Origin: an uncultured delta proteobacterium
GTDB taxonomy: Bacteria; Desulfobacterota; Binatia; UBA9968
DNA: 64,000 bases
Assembly: GCA_963755715.1 (NCBI GenBank)
Contig: CAVWLW010000043.1
Span: forward strand, 64,001 to 128,000
Reading direction: 5' to 3'
The notes under the pieces were generated by a model. The model saw only the letters and a list, made by a program, of their open reading frames with translations, did not search any database and was not told where the DNA came from. The position numbers and the translations under genes were made by a program. Each line of letters opens with the position of its first letter. Within the stretch, counting starts at the first letter, position 1. Below are positions 29,523-40,176 of this stretch, piece after piece.

Positions 29523-29861
29523 ATGCGCATGCTGCGTCTTCTTGTGAGGTTTTTTTCGAGGCATGGGTTTCGCGTCTTGCAGGCCACGGACGGAGAACAG
29601 GCGCTCGAAATTTATCGTCGTGAGGCGAGAGAAATAGACGCGGTACTCCTGGACGTTCGACTTCCCAAAAAGACAGGCGATCAGGTGTTTCGCGAAATGA
29701 GGACTGTGAACCCCGCTGTTAAAGTAGTTTTGGCAAGTGGCTATCTAGACCCGAAAATCAAAACTGACATGACGTCGGCGGGCATCAAATACTTTGTGGA
29801 CAAGCCCTACGTCCTTAATGATCTGCTAGTCATCGTTGAGAATATGCTTTCAAACGGATGA
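29523..29861 (+). CDS. Single-domain response regulator, N-terminally degenerate
   Basis: VLLDVRLP (phospho-Asp), LASGY, FVDKPY; the beta1 acidic pocket is missing or garbled. Confidence 0.6.
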   Translation: MRMLRLLVRFFSRHGFRVLQATDGEQALEIYRREAREIDAVLLDVRLPKKTGDQVFREMRTVNPAVKVVLASGYLDPKIKTDMTSAGIKYFVDKPYVLNDLLVIVENMLSNG

Positions 29862-30031
29862 CCGTAGGTTTTGTTCATGCGCTTCTTTAAAACGGACCTT
29901 AGATGATGCTTCCGTACGAGCGTGGCAATGATCGAGGCGAATTACTGCGCGAGACAACAACTCAATCCGGACAACCCGGGCCATCGAGAAGTCTTCGAGA
30001 AGTTGGCCAGAAATTTCAATGATATTATGGT

Positions 30032-30063
30032 TGTGGGGGCGGGTTTCAAACCCGCCCCCACAT
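30032..30063. repeat. GTAG/GTGG-type REP hairpin
   Basis: TGTGGGGGCGGGTTTCAAACCCGCCCCCACA; a half copy occurs near 23337-23353. Confidence 0.65.
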
Positions 30064-30086
30064 AAGCCGCTCGTCGTGAAATTTGT

Positions 30087-30944
30087 CTATGCGAATTTTG
30101 CGGTCACCAGCATCGAAAGCTTGCCTTCGCCATCCAATGCCCAGAGCTTGGCTTCGCGGCCGTCCGCCGACGGTGATCCCGCGAGGGTAACCTTGCCGCT
30201 GGTATCGTACACCGAGCGCAGATTTTGAAAATCGAAGTTCGTCATACGGCGATTCGGCATTTCCCTGCGGCACATCTCCATGAGCAACTGCGAGATCAGC
30301 GAGCTCTGTACGACCAGCCCAGGGAGTTTTTCCACCTTGGTCACGTAGTCGCGGTCATAGTGAATACGGTGACTGTTGAACCGGATCGCCGAGAAACGAA
30401 AGAGCAGCGGCGCATTGGGCTCGACGACTTGTTGCCATTTGGCTTCTCCGGGGACGGCGGGCGCCGATTTCGGCGCGGCTTCGGCGCGTTGCTCGCTGAG
30501 CATGCACGTATCTCGCTCTTCGACCACGCAAAGGCCGCGCCCGGTCGAGAGACTCTTACGTTCCACGACTGTTGCCATCGCGCCCTGGGGACCCTCGTCG
30601 ATCTGGATATCGCCAATTTCGGTTTTGCACGTGACGTCGTCCCCGACGCAGAGCGGTGCATGAAACGAAACGCGCGTCCCGGCGATGCGCCGGCGCGGCA
30701 ACGGAATCGGCGGCGCGATGCCGCCACCCGAGGCCTGCCCGTCCGTGCGCATCTTGTCGGGTCGATGCGACGCGGGGAAGAGGCCACCGTACCAACCGGG
30801 CGGAATCGGCGCGCCTTTTTCCAGCGGTGGATTCTCCAGTCCCAAAGTCGCGGCAAATTTTACTAGCATCGACGCGGTGACCACGTCATTAGCGGTTTCA
30901 CTCTTGCCGATGTAACTTTTGAAGCTTTCCAAAGATTCAGCCAT
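30087..30944 (-). CDS. MaoC/FAS1-like double hot-dog acyl-CoA hydratase (HTD2/mesaconyl-C4-CoA hydratase-like)
   Basis: PLPRRRIAG, LLFRFSAIRFNSHRIHYDRDY, PGLVV. Confidence 0.85.
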   Translation of the reverse strand: MAESLESFKSYIGKSETANDVVTASMLVKFAATLGLENPPLEKGAPIPPGWYGGLFPASHRPDKMRTDGQASGGGIAPPIPLPRRRIAGTRVSFHAPLCVGDDVTCKTEIGDIQIDEGPQGAMATVVERKSLSTGRGLCVVEERDTCMLSEQRAEAAPKSAPAVPGEAKWQQVVEPNAPLLFRFSAIRFNSHRIHYDRDYVTKVEKLPGLVVQSSLISQLLMEMCRREMPNRRMTNFDFQNLRSVYDTSGKVTLAGSPSADGREAKLWALDGEGKLSMLVTAKFA

Positions 30945-31123
30945 ACGCGTTACCTCCAGCGATATTGTATGTCGCGGAGCGTAGTCCGCGGAGGTTTGCC
31001 ATGTCAAGGCACCACGCAAGGGAAAGTATGCAATGTAATCTGGATCGAGATTTTTGCATGTAAGTTTTTTTCGTCTATGGTACGGAATACTCCGTAGCTT
31101 TACAGCAATGGAGGACCCTTCGG

Positions 31124-32180
31124 ATGAAAATAATTCATCGGCTTTTTTTCGGGGCAATGATTTTGTTCGGCATCGGCTGTGCCGCTTCCTTGTCCTCGCC
31201 GATTGCCGACCCACGCGCCGACCGTGAAAGAATGTCTGCCACTGACGATCCGGGTTGCACGGCGTCGACCTTGGTCTCTACAGGCGGAGCGTTTCCTAAA
31301 GATTCCCGAACGCTGGCGATCCGCTGGACGGGTTACACCAATTACGAGCTGGCCTACAACGGCCAGATAATTCTACTCGACGCTCATTTCGATCGAGGCA
31401 GTATGTTCCCGCCATTGGGATTTACTGCCGCCGATATCAAGCGAGCGAACGTCATCTTGCTCGGCCACGGTCATCTCGACCATATGTCGGATGCCGCGTC
31501 TGTCGGCGCCAGAACCGGTGCGATTGTGGTTGGCGCGCCGGTCACGACGGACAAGCTAAAAACCCAGGCCATTGATCCGAAACAGATCCGGACCGTCACC
31601 GGTCGCGGCGGCGAACTGCTCGAATTTCCCGGATACAAAGTCGAACCGATTCTTGGCCCGCCACGGTGAGCCGCCGAAAAATGTGACGGAGGCGTTCGAC
31701 AACGCGCTCAAGGCCACAGCGCCGGCGCCGACCAAAGAACAAATAGCCGAGCGCAACAAGATCCGAGAACGCGGCACCAACGATCCGCGCGTTGTTACGG
31801 AAGGAACGATTGCCTACCTGATTACACTGGATAACGGATTTCGCATCATGTTTCGCGACAGCGGTGGAGTGATCACGGACTACGAGAAAGCTGCGATGGC
31901 CCGAGTCGGACGTGTGGATGTCGCACTGGTCGCCGTGTCGGCGTCATTTCTGCACACCCTTACGTCGCAGCGGGCGCTGGAGCATGTCCGGACGTATAAA
32001 CCGGATGTCTATATTCCGGGCCATCACGATGCGCCGGTTAACGGTTTGTGGCGAGCTACCGAGCCGCTCTTTCAGACGATCAAAGACGAAAACCCGAACA
32101 TCATCACGATCTCGCGGGGGTATAGGGAGCCGATCTGCTTCGATACGGAAAATAATATCCAGCGCAGGCAACGCGGCTAA
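31124..32180 (+). CDS. Exported metallo-beta-lactamase-fold hydrolase; frameshift near 31655
   Basis: ILLDA, GHGHLDH (HxHxDH), FRDSG, YIPGHHD; signal peptide. Confidence 0.8.
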
Positions 32181-32198
32181 GAATTACGTCACCTCGAA

Positions 32199-32489
32199 CT
32201 ACCGCGTCCGGTTGTACTGATAGTCTTCTCGTTCAGTTGTTCCCACCCGCAATTCCGCTGGCAGCGGCGGGCGAGTGGCATTTGCTTTCGCGTGCACGTC
32301 CAATGCGGCTTGGTCGGTCCAGCGTTCGAGGATCGTTAGCTTGTCGGGATTAACCACGCTTTGAAAAACTTCGAACTGCTCGCAGCCGGGCTCGGTCATT
32401 ATGTCCGCGCAGCGAGCCTTGTACAGTTTCGCCAGCTCGGATCCTTTTCCCGGTGCCGCGTTGATTCCCACGATCAATCGAATTGCCAT
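32199..32489 (-). CDS. ABM-family (putative quinol monooxygenase) protein
   Basis: EPGCEQFEV...ILERWTDQAALDVH. Confidence 0.85.
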   Translation of the reverse strand: MAIRLIVGINAAPGKGSELAKLYKARCADIMTEPGCEQFEVFQSVVNPDKLTILERWTDQAALDVHAKANATRPPLPAELRVGTTEREDYQYNRTR

Positions 32490-32607
32490 AGTGTCTCCTT
32501 CGTTCGCCCTAAATCGGCGAGTGATAATGTATTGATCAAAATGAACTATCGTTCAGTAGCGCGGATGGTGTCAAGGAGGAAGCTCCATTGAAACGGAAAC
32601 GAGATCT

Positions 32608-32681
32608 CACCACGAAGCGCACGAAGGTTTCGGATATTATAAAGACTCTTGAACTTCGTGACCTTCGCGTTCTTCGTGGTG
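32608..32681. repeat. Inverted pair of degenerate 9-mer repeats
   Basis: CACCACGAAGCGCACGAAGG ... CTTCGTGACCTTCGCGTTCTTCGTGGTG. Confidence 0.55.
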
Positions 32682-32718
32682 AATTAATGCGTCAGTCAAA
32701 CCGTTCAGCCAGCATCGC

Positions 32719-33378
32719 TTATCCGTGGCTCAAACTTCGCAGCACCGGCTCGAGCACTTTCCACAGGTTGGCGGCGACGATTTGATGGCCTTTGGCGGTC
32801 GGGTGCATGCCGTCCGGCAGGTTGAGCTCGCGCACGCCGCCGACCCCTTCGAGAACAAATGGGATGAGCGGCGCTTGGTTTTTTTTTGCCAGCGCGGGAT
32901 AAATTGCTTCGAATTGTGCGCCGTACTCGCGCCCCATGTTCGGCGGCACCTTCATCCCCGCGATGACAATCTTCGCGCCGGGATATTTTGCTTTTGTTCG
33001 ATCCATGATGGCCTGAAGGTTTTTCCGCGTGGTCTCGACCGGTAGTCCGCGCAAACCGTCATTCGCGCCGAGCTCCAAAACCAGAACGTCGACGCGATTT
33101 CTGAGCAGCCAGTCTATCCGGCTCAATCCGCCGGCACTGGTGTCGCCGCTTTGTCCCGCGTTGACGACTTTGAATTGCCACCGTTTGGCGTCGATTTTTT
33201 CCTGAATGAGGGCGGGATACGCTTGTTCGAGATCGAGTCCGTATCCTGCGGTGATGCTGTCCCCTAAAAACAAGATCACGCCTTGAGTGGGTGTCGCGCC
33301 CATGAGGATCAGCGACAGGACTATCGCAGCGGCAGTGCGTTCGACAAGCCTGGTGAAACGGCTGAGTTGTGTCGTCAT
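32719..33378 (-). CDS. tesA: GDSL/SGNH arylesterase (TesA-like)
   Basis: GDSITAGYG, NAGQSGDTSAGG, ELGANDGLRG, DGMHP; divergent from a ybbA/ybbP-like pair. Confidence 0.88.
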   Translation of the reverse strand: MTTQLSRFTRLVERTAAAIVLSLILMGATPTQGVILFLGDSITAGYGLDLEQAYPALIQEKIDAKRWQFKVVNAGQSGDTSAGGLSRIDWLLRNRVDVLVLELGANDGLRGLPVETTRKNLQAIMDRTKAKYPGAKIVIAGMKVPPNMGREYGAQFEAIYPALAKKNQAPLIPFVLEGVGGVRELNLPDGMHPTAKGHQIVAANLWKVLEPVLRSLSHG

Positions 33379-33468
33379 CGTAAAAATTCTAAAGTTGATT
33401 TACTTGACAATAAGCTATCGAGAGATTGATCCCTTCGCTGAATTTCTCTTCGGCTACTCCCATACCGC

Positions 33469-34179
33469 ATGAGTAACGACGCCATTTTAAGCGTAGAGCA
33501 TTTGGGCAAGGTTTTTAAGAGCGGCGAGCGCAGCATTAACGTCCTGAGCGATGTGTCGTTCGCCATCGAGGGAGGCAGCACCTGCGCCATCGTCGGCCCG
33601 TCGGGCAGCGGCAAGACTACGCTGATCGCGATCTGCGCTGGGCTCGAACGGCCTAGCGAAGGCGCGGTGGTGTTTGACGGCGTCGCGCTGCACAACGCCA
33701 GCGAGGACGAGCTTGCGCGCATTCGCAATCAGTCCATCGGCTTCATTTTTCAAAATTTCCAGTTGTTGCCTTCGTTGACCGCTCTGGAAAACGTCATGGT
33801 TCCGGCCGAGATCCGCGGCGAAAACCATGCCCGCAGCCGCGCCGGGGATTTGCTGAAACAAGTGGGTCTCGACGGTCGTTTGAATCACTATCCGGTGCAG
33901 CTATCCGGCGGCGAACAGCAGCGCGTGGCGATCGCGCGCGCTTTCATCAATCAGCCCAAGATTCTCTTCGCGGATGAGCCCACCGGTAATCTCGACGCGG
34001 AAACCGCTAAAGACGTCATTAAACTCATTTTTGATTTGAACGCGACCCGCGGTACAACACTGCTGCTGGTTACGCACGACCAGGAACTGAGCCGGCAGGC
34101 GAGCCGGTTGATACAATTGAGAGGCGGCCGGCTTGCTTTAGACAGCGCTGAAACGAAAGCGGCGCGAACCAGCTTATAA
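33469..34179 (+). CDS. ybbA: ABC ATP-binding protein (YbbA/LolD-like)
   Basis: GPSGSGKTT, LSGGEQQRVA, FADEPTGNLD. Confidence 0.85.
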   Translation: MSNDAILSVEHLGKVFKSGERSINVLSDVSFAIEGGSTCAIVGPSGSGKTTLIAICAGLERPSEGAVVFDGVALHNASEDELARIRNQSIGFIFQNFQLLPSLTALENVMVPAEIRGENHARSRAGDLLKQVGLDGRLNHYPVQLSGGEQQRVAIARAFINQPKILFADEPTGNLDAETAKDVIKLIFDLNATRGTTLLLVTHDQELSRQASRLIQLRGGRLALDSAETKAARTSL

Positions 34180-34191
34180 CGTAGGCATCCG

Positions 34192-36729
34192 ATGGGAGCG
34201 ATATTTAAAGCCTGGGTTTGGCGTCTCGCTTGGCGCGACGGGCGGCAGGGCCTGCGGCCATTACTGTTTTCCATGTCGAGCGTCATCCTGGCCGTGGCCG
34301 CGGTGGTGGCGGCATTTTCGTTTCGCGACAATTTACTGTCCAATATTCAAACCCAATCCAAGAGCCTGCTCGGCGCGGACCTCGCGCTCGATAGCCGCGA
34401 GCCATTCACCGCCGAAGACGAAAATCTGTTTCGCTCAGTGGGCGGCGAACAAGCGCGTCTGATCGGCTTTGCTTCGATGGTGTTTTTTCCGCGCGGCGGT
34501 GATTCCCGGCTGATGCAAGTGCGCGCGATCAGCAGCGCCTTTCCTTTTTACGGCGCGCTGGAAAGCACGCCGCCGTTGTCATTGGCAGAATTTCACCGCG
34601 GCGCTAACGCGCTAGTCGATGAGAACGTGATGTTGCAGTTTAACGCCCAGGTGGGGGATCGGCTGAAGATCGGCGAGTATGAGTTTCGCATTGCCGGCAA
34701 GCTGGGCAAGATTCCTGGCGAAACCCTGGCGTTTTCTTTGATCAGTCCGCGCGTCTACATTCCGATGGCGTATTTGGATCGCACCGAGTTGTTACAAAAA
34801 GGCAGCCTGGTGCGCTATCGAGTTTATTTCAAGCTTCAACCTGACACCGACGTGGACCGGCTGGTGGGCAATCTCGCGCCGAAGTTGCAACAGCTGCGCT
34901 TGGAGGCCGACACCGTCAGCAAGCGCAGCGAATCGATCGCCGCGTCCATGGAAAATCTTTCCCGCTATCTCACGCTCGCGGTCTTTATCGCCGTGCTTCT
35001 TTCGGGCGTCGGGGTCGCCAGCGTCGTGCACGTCTTCGCCACGGTCAAGGCGCGATCCGCGGCGCTACTCCGATGTATCGGCGCCGCGCCGCGCGAAACT
35101 GTTTGCGTATATGTGATTCAGGTCCTTTCCTTGGCGTTCGTCAGCTCTTTGCTCGGCACCGCTCTAGGGGTGGCCGCGCAGTTCGCATTGCCGCTCGCGC
35201 TCAAAGACTTTCTACCTTTGACGACGGTGGTTTCGCTCGCGCCCCGGGGCATCATCGCCGGATGGGCGGTGGGACTGGGTACGACGCTTCTGTTCGCTCT
35301 GATTCCGTTACTGCCGTTGCGAAATATCTCGCCGCTGTCGGCGCTGCGCGCGACCTTCGATGCCGACCGGCCGGCGCGCGATTGGCTGGCGTGGATTCTT
35401 TTTGCGCTCGTCGGCGCCGGCATTTGGGCCTTTGCCGTGGCGACCACCTCAAGCATGATCTCAGGTTCGTGGTTTGCGGGCGCACTGTTGGCTGTGTTTG
35501 GTGTTCTGATTCTTCTCGCGCGCGCGGCTTCGGCGGGGATACGTAAGATTGCGCTCGGCGTTCTGCCTTTTGCCTGGCGCCAGGGATTGGCCAACTTGCA
35601 TCGCCCGAATAACCAGACGACGGCGGTCACGCTGGCAATCGGTTTGGGAACATTTTTGCTCGTCACGCTCTATAGCGTGCAGAATATGCTGGTGGCTCAG
35701 GTTGCCGGGCGCGCCGGCGCGGGGGAGCCGAATCTCGTGCTCTTCGACGTGCAAGGCGATCAGCGGCAAAGTATCGGCGAGCTTATCAAGTCGCAGGGTA
35801 TATCGTTGCGTGGCGAAGTTCCCGTGGTCACCATGCGTTTGAGTTCGGTGAAAGGGCAGAGAGTCGAAGAGCTTCGCGCCAATCCGCACGCGAGGATTCC
35901 GGGTTGGGCGCTGCGCCGCGAATATCGTTCGACGTACCGCGCCGAGCTGACGAGCACTGAGAAAATCATTGCCGGCGCTTGGCAAGGAAGAGTGGCGCCG
36001 GACACAGAGCCGATTCCAGTCTCCGTTGAAAAGGGCATCGCGGAGAGCTTGAAGATCGGCCTGGGAGATGAATTGCAGTTCGAAATCCAAGGCGTGCCGA
36101 TTACCGCGCGCGTCGCGAGCATTCGCGAGGTGGATTGGCAGCGCGTACAGCCGAACTTCTTCATGGTGTTTCCCGAAGGCGTGCTGGAGAGTGCGCCGCA
36201 GTTTTACGCTATTGTGGCGCGCGCAGAGTCCAATCAAGCGGCGGCGCGTTTGCAGCGCGCAATCGTCGAGCGGTTTGCCAACGTCTCGGTGATCGACCTG
36301 AGCCTGATTCTCAACACGTTAAACTCCATCCTCGGCAAGGTTTCCGCCGCCATGCGCTTCGTCGCGCTGTTCACGATTATCACCGGCCTCGCCGTGCTGG
36401 CCAGCGCCGTTCTCGGCAGCCGGGCGCAGCGGACGAGAGAAAGTATTCTCTTGCGAACTCTGGGCGCGCCGCGGCGTCAGATCCTCGCGGTGATTGCGGC
36501 GGAATATCTGTTATTAGGCGGTATCTCCGGCGTCGCGGGCACAGCGCTCGGCCTCGGCGCCACTTGGGGCTTGAGCATTTATTTTTTCGGCACACCGGCG
36601 GTGATTTCAGTAGCGCCGGTGTTGGCGATTCTATTCATCGTGATCGCGGCGACCGTGCTGGCCGGCGCGATCGGTTGCTGGGGCATTTTTCAGCGGTCGC
36701 CGCTCGAAGCGCTGCGCGCGGAGGCGTAG
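34192..36729 (+). CDS. ybbP: FtsX-like ABC permease (YbbP-like)
   Basis: LAWRD, LLGADL, FPFYG, PNLVLFDVQ, REVDWQRVQPNFF; synteny with tesA and ybbA. Confidence 0.85.
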   Translation: MGAIFKAWVWRLAWRDGRQGLRPLLFSMSSVILAVAAVVAAFSFRDNLLSNIQTQSKSLLGADLALDSREPFTAEDENLFRSVGGEQARLIGFASMVFFPRGGDSRLMQVRAISSAFPFYGALESTPPLSLAEFHRGANALVDENVMLQFNAQVGDRLKIGEYEFRIAGKLGKIPGETLAFSLISPRVYIPMAYLDRTELLQKGSLVRYRVYFKLQPDTDVDRLVGNLAPKLQQLRLEADTVSKRSESIAASMENLSRYLTLAVFIAVLLSGVGVASVVHVFATVKARSAALLRCIGAAPRETVCVYVIQVLSLAFVSSLLGTALGVAAQFALPLALKDFLPLTTVVSLAPRGIIAGWAVGLGTTLLFALIPLLPLRNISPLSALRATFDADRPARDWLAWILFALVGAGIWAFAVATTSSMISGSWFAGALLAVFGVLILLARAASAGIRKIALGVLPFAWRQGLANLHRPNNQTTAVTLAIGLGTFLLVTLYSVQNMLVAQVAGRAGAGEPNLVLFDVQGDQRQSIGELIKSQGISLRGEVPVVTMRLSSVKGQRVEELRANPHARIPGWALRREYRSTYRAELTSTEKIIAGAWQGRVAPDTEPIPVSVEKGIAESLKIGLGDELQFEIQGVPITARVASIREVDWQRVQPNFFMVFPEGVLESAPQFYAIVARAESNQAAARLQRAIVERFANVSVIDLSLILNTLNSILGKVSAAMRFVALFTIITGLAVLASAVLGSRAQRTRESILLRTLGAPRRQILAVIAAEYLLLGGISGVAGTALGLGATWGLSIYFFGTPAVISVAPVLAILFIVIAATVLAGAIGCWGIFQRSPLEALRAEA

Positions 36730-36796
36730 GGGCAAGGCGCGCCTTGCCCTTCATTAGAGAACCGCGTGAAACCATACGGATAGATAAGGAGCCATC

Positions 36797-39340
36797 ATGT
36801 CAGCAGAAAAGCCGTATCGATTGCCAACCAACGTCACCCCCGAACGGTATGAATTGAAACTCACGCCGGATTTAACGACTTGGACTTTTACCGGCGATGA
36901 AAAGATTTCGATTCACGTCCACGAACCGGTGCGCGAGATTATCCTAAACGCCGCTGAGTTGGAGTTGCATGCCGTATCTCTTCAGACCGCCGACGGCAAG
37001 GTACGTGAAGGCCGCGTGAACTTGGACACCGAGAATGAACGGGCGACGTTGAGCTTCGGCGAACCTGTCCCAGCCGGCCGCGGCGATTTGCAGATTCAAT
37101 TCTCCGGCATTTTGAACGACAAGCTGCACGGTTTTTACCGCAGCACCTACAAGGGCGCGGACGGCCAAGACAAGCCGTTGGCATCGACGCAGTTCGAATC
37201 GACGGATGCCCGGCGCGCCTTTCCCTGTTGGGACGAGCCCGCCTTCAAAGCGGTATATCAGGTCACGCTGGTCGTCGATGAAAAGCTCACGGCAATTTCC
37301 AACGCCCGGGTGGTGCGCGAGAACGCACTGCCGGGAAATAAGAAAGCAGTTGTGTTCGCCGATTCGATGAAGATGTCGACCTATCTCGTCGCTTTCATCG
37401 TCGGCGAATTCGAGGCGACCGCGCCGGTCATGGTTGGCAATGCGCCTCTGCGTGTTTGTGCCGTGCCCGGAAAGAAACATCTCGCGACCTTCGCCGTCGA
37501 TATCGGCAAGGCTTCGCTGGAACATTTCAGCGCTTACTACGGGATTGCCTATCCCGGCGACAAACTGGATTTGATCGCGATTCCTGACTTTGCCTCCGGC
37601 GCGATGGAAAATCTCGGCGCGATAACCTTTCGCGAAACGGCGCTGCTAGTCGATGCCGACCGAGCGACGCGCACAGAGCTCGAGCGGGTGGCGGACGTGG
37701 TGTCGCACGAAAATGCGCATATGTGGTTCGGCGATCTGGTGACGATGAAATGGTGGAACGGCCTGTGGTTGAACGAAGCGTTCGCGACTTTCATGGAAAT
37801 GCTCGCGGTCGATGCCTGGAAGCCCGAATGGCGCCGTTGGGACAGCTTCACCGTATCGCGCGCCGCGGCCATGCAGGTCGACGGATTGAAAAGCACGCGG
37901 CCTATCGAATTCCCCGTCGAACGACCTGAAGAGGCAGCCGGCATGTTCGACATTTTAACCTACGAGAAGGGCGCGTCGGTGCTGCGCATGCTCGAGCAGT
38001 ATTTGGGCGCAGAAGCGTTTCGCGACGGGATTCGACTCTATCTGCGCCGGCATGCTTATGCCAACGCCGAGACCACAGATCTGTGGGACGCTCTCGAAGA
38101 GTCGACAAAAGAGCCGGTGCGAGCGCTGATGGACACGTGGATTTTTCAAGCCGGCTATCCGTTGATCAGCGTCGAGAAAGGGCCGCGTGGTCTGCGCCTG
38201 AACCAGCAAATGTTTCGTTATCTTCAGAACGGCTCCGACCAGGAGCGAAAGTGGCACGTGCCGATTTTTTTGCGTGCGGGCACCAAGACAGGTGTGATCG
38301 AGAAAACCATTCTGCTCGCCGACGGCGAGCAAAGCGTCGAGCTTGGCGATACCGTGGAGTGGGCGGTTGTCAATGCCGGCGGTCACGGTTTTTATCGTGT
38401 GCGCTACGGCGCCGACCTTTTCGATTCGCTGAAGCACGGACTGCAGGTGCGGCTTTCGGCGGTCGAAAGATTCGGCCTCGTCAATGACACCTGGGCGTCC
38501 ACGCTTGCGGGTTTGACGTCCCTGATCGATTATCTGAGTTTGATCGATCTTCTCAGCGACGAAAACGACGTCAATGTTTGGACGACGGTGATCGGCTCGG
38601 GGCATCATTTAGAGAGAATCCTCGACGACCCACAGTGCACGACATTGGCAAAGCGCCTGCGCACGCTCCTTGGACCGGCGGTGGCGCGCTTCGGCTGGAC
38701 GCCTCGACGGGGTGAGAGCGATCTGGAAAGCCAGCTTCGCGGTGACCTGATCAACGCCCTCGGCACGCTCGGCGACGACAAAGGTTGTCAGGAAAGGGCT
38801 CGCGAGCTCTTCGCGTTATATGAAAAATCGCCCGACATCGTCGAGCGCAACTTGATCCCGGCGCTGATTGCGATCGTGGCGCATACCGGCACGGCGGCGG
38901 ACTATGATAAGTTTTACGGCAGATTCAAAAACGCCCAGACGCCGCAAGAGGAAACTCGGTTTCTTTTTGCGTTGGCAAACTTTCGCCTGCCGGAGCTGAT
39001 CGACCGCACTCTGGACCTCACGATCAACGGCGAAGTGCGCACGCAAAACTCGCCCTATCTAATGCGCGGCATTCTCTTAAACAAGCCGGCGCGGGTTAAG
39101 GCGTGGGTGTTCATGAAAGCGCATTGGGAAGAGATGCTGCGGCAATATCCGGACAACGCCATTCCGCGCATGTGCGAAGGCATCGTCGGCTTGGCGACCG
39201 CGGAGCTGGAAGCAGATGTCAGGGATTTTTTCGCGCGCCATCCCGTCAAGCAGGGGACGAAACAGATGGAGCAACATCTGGAGCGACTGCACGTAGCGGT
39301 TACTTGCCGAGAAAGATGGCGGGATTTGCTGCGCTCGTAG
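36797..39340 (+). CDS. pepN: M1 family aminopeptidase with ERAP1-like C-terminus
   Basis: TQFESTDARRAFPCWDEP, GAMEN, HENAH...NEAFA, YEKG. Confidence 0.92.
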   Translation: MSAEKPYRLPTNVTPERYELKLTPDLTTWTFTGDEKISIHVHEPVREIILNAAELELHAVSLQTADGKVREGRVNLDTENERATLSFGEPVPAGRGDLQIQFSGILNDKLHGFYRSTYKGADGQDKPLASTQFESTDARRAFPCWDEPAFKAVYQVTLVVDEKLTAISNARVVRENALPGNKKAVVFADSMKMSTYLVAFIVGEFEATAPVMVGNAPLRVCAVPGKKHLATFAVDIGKASLEHFSAYYGIAYPGDKLDLIAIPDFASGAMENLGAITFRETALLVDADRATRTELERVADVVSHENAHMWFGDLVTMKWWNGLWLNEAFATFMEMLAVDAWKPEWRRWDSFTVSRAAAMQVDGLKSTRPIEFPVERPEEAAGMFDILTYEKGASVLRMLEQYLGAEAFRDGIRLYLRRHAYANAETTDLWDALEESTKEPVRALMDTWIFQAGYPLISVEKGPRGLRLNQQMFRYLQNGSDQERKWHVPIFLRAGTKTGVIEKTILLADGEQSVELGDTVEWAVVNAGGHGFYRVRYGADLFDSLKHGLQVRLSAVERFGLVNDTWASTLAGLTSLIDYLSLIDLLSDENDVNVWTTVIGSGHHLERILDDPQCTTLAKRLRTLLGPAVARFGWTPRRGESDLESQLRGDLINALGTLGDDKGCQERARELFALYEKSPDIVERNLIPALIAIVAHTGTAADYDKFYGRFKNAQTPQEETRFLFALANFRLPELIDRTLDLTINGEVRTQNSPYLMRGILLNKPARVKAWVFMKAHWEEMLRQYPDNAIPRMCEGIVGLATAELEADVRDFFARHPVKQGTKQMEQHLERLHVAVTCRERWRDLLRS

Positions 39341-39436
39341 CGAAGCGCGTCTGGCCGCACGAATTCAGTAAATCTTTTAAAATCAGGGTCTTGTTTGCGC
39401 AGCGCGAGTGCCGATTCAAAACGCGCGAAATTGCCC

Positions 39437-39468
39437 TTGACAAGATTGGTGAGTAAATGCTAACTAAC
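39437..39468 (+). promoter_or_regulatory. -35 box and palindromic TetR operator
   Basis: TTGACA at 39437; GTGAGTAAATGCTAACTAAC, similar to the site at 40177-40196. Confidence 0.55.
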
Positions 39469-39473
39469 CCGCA

Positions 39474-40163
39474 ATGGCAAACGTACCCCGATTGTCGGCC
39501 GAGGCGCGCAAGGAAGCGATCGTCGAGGCGGTCCAGGACGTTTTTGCCGAGAAGGGGTTCGACGGCACCACCACGCGAGAGTTAGCGAAAGCAGCCGGGG
39601 TTTCCGAGGCGCTGCTTTACAAGCATTTTCCGAGCAAAGAGTCGCTCTACGCCGCCATGCTCGACGGCTGCGCCAAGGGTCCGACATTCGCCGAGGCGAG
39701 CCGGATTCTGGAGCTCGACGCGTCGACCTCGACCTTGGTCGTGATGGTTCATTTTATGATTTCGCACTACGTGCTCGGTCGCCCCGGCGACAGGCATCGG
39801 GCCGCGTTGAATTCTTTATTAGTGCGCAGCTTGCTAGGGGACGGTGAGTTCGTTAGGCTGATGCATAAGAAGCTCGCTGCGGCATGGCTGAAAAAATTCG
39901 AGGCCTGCTTGCAGGCGGCGGCAAAAGCCGGAGAAATGCGCGAGGTGCCGATACGGCACGACCTCTGCGTCTGGCTGGTGCAGCACGTCGCGTTCTCCTT
40001 AATGTTGCATCTTCAGCCGAAGGTTCCGGCGGTCAATTACAAGGTCTCGCGGGAAGAGCTGGTTTCACAGGCGACCTGGTTCGGCCTGTTGGGCATCGGC
40101 ATTAAAGAGGAAGCGGTGCGGCGCTACTACAGTCCCAAGGCGTTGCGCTTGCTGGCCAGCTAA
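39474..40163 (+). CDS. TetR/AcrR family regulator
   Basis: FAEKGFDGTTTRELAKAAGVSEALLYKHFPSKESLY. Confidence 0.92.
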   Translation: MANVPRLSAEARKEAIVEAVQDVFAEKGFDGTTTRELAKAAGVSEALLYKHFPSKESLYAAMLDGCAKGPTFAEASRILELDASTSTLVVMVHFMISHYVLGRPGDRHRAALNSLLVRSLLGDGEFVRLMHKKLAAAWLKKFEACLQAAAKAGEMREVPIRHDLCVWLVQHVAFSLMLHLQPKVPAVNYKVSREELVSQATWFGLLGIGIKEEAVRRYYSPKALRLLAS

Positions 40164-40176
40164 TTTTTTTCACAGA

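Noticed and set aside
37705-37720. HENAH instead of HELAH in the M1 aminopeptidase
   Set aside because: Still a valid HExxH motif with the downstream Glu; ordinary variation.
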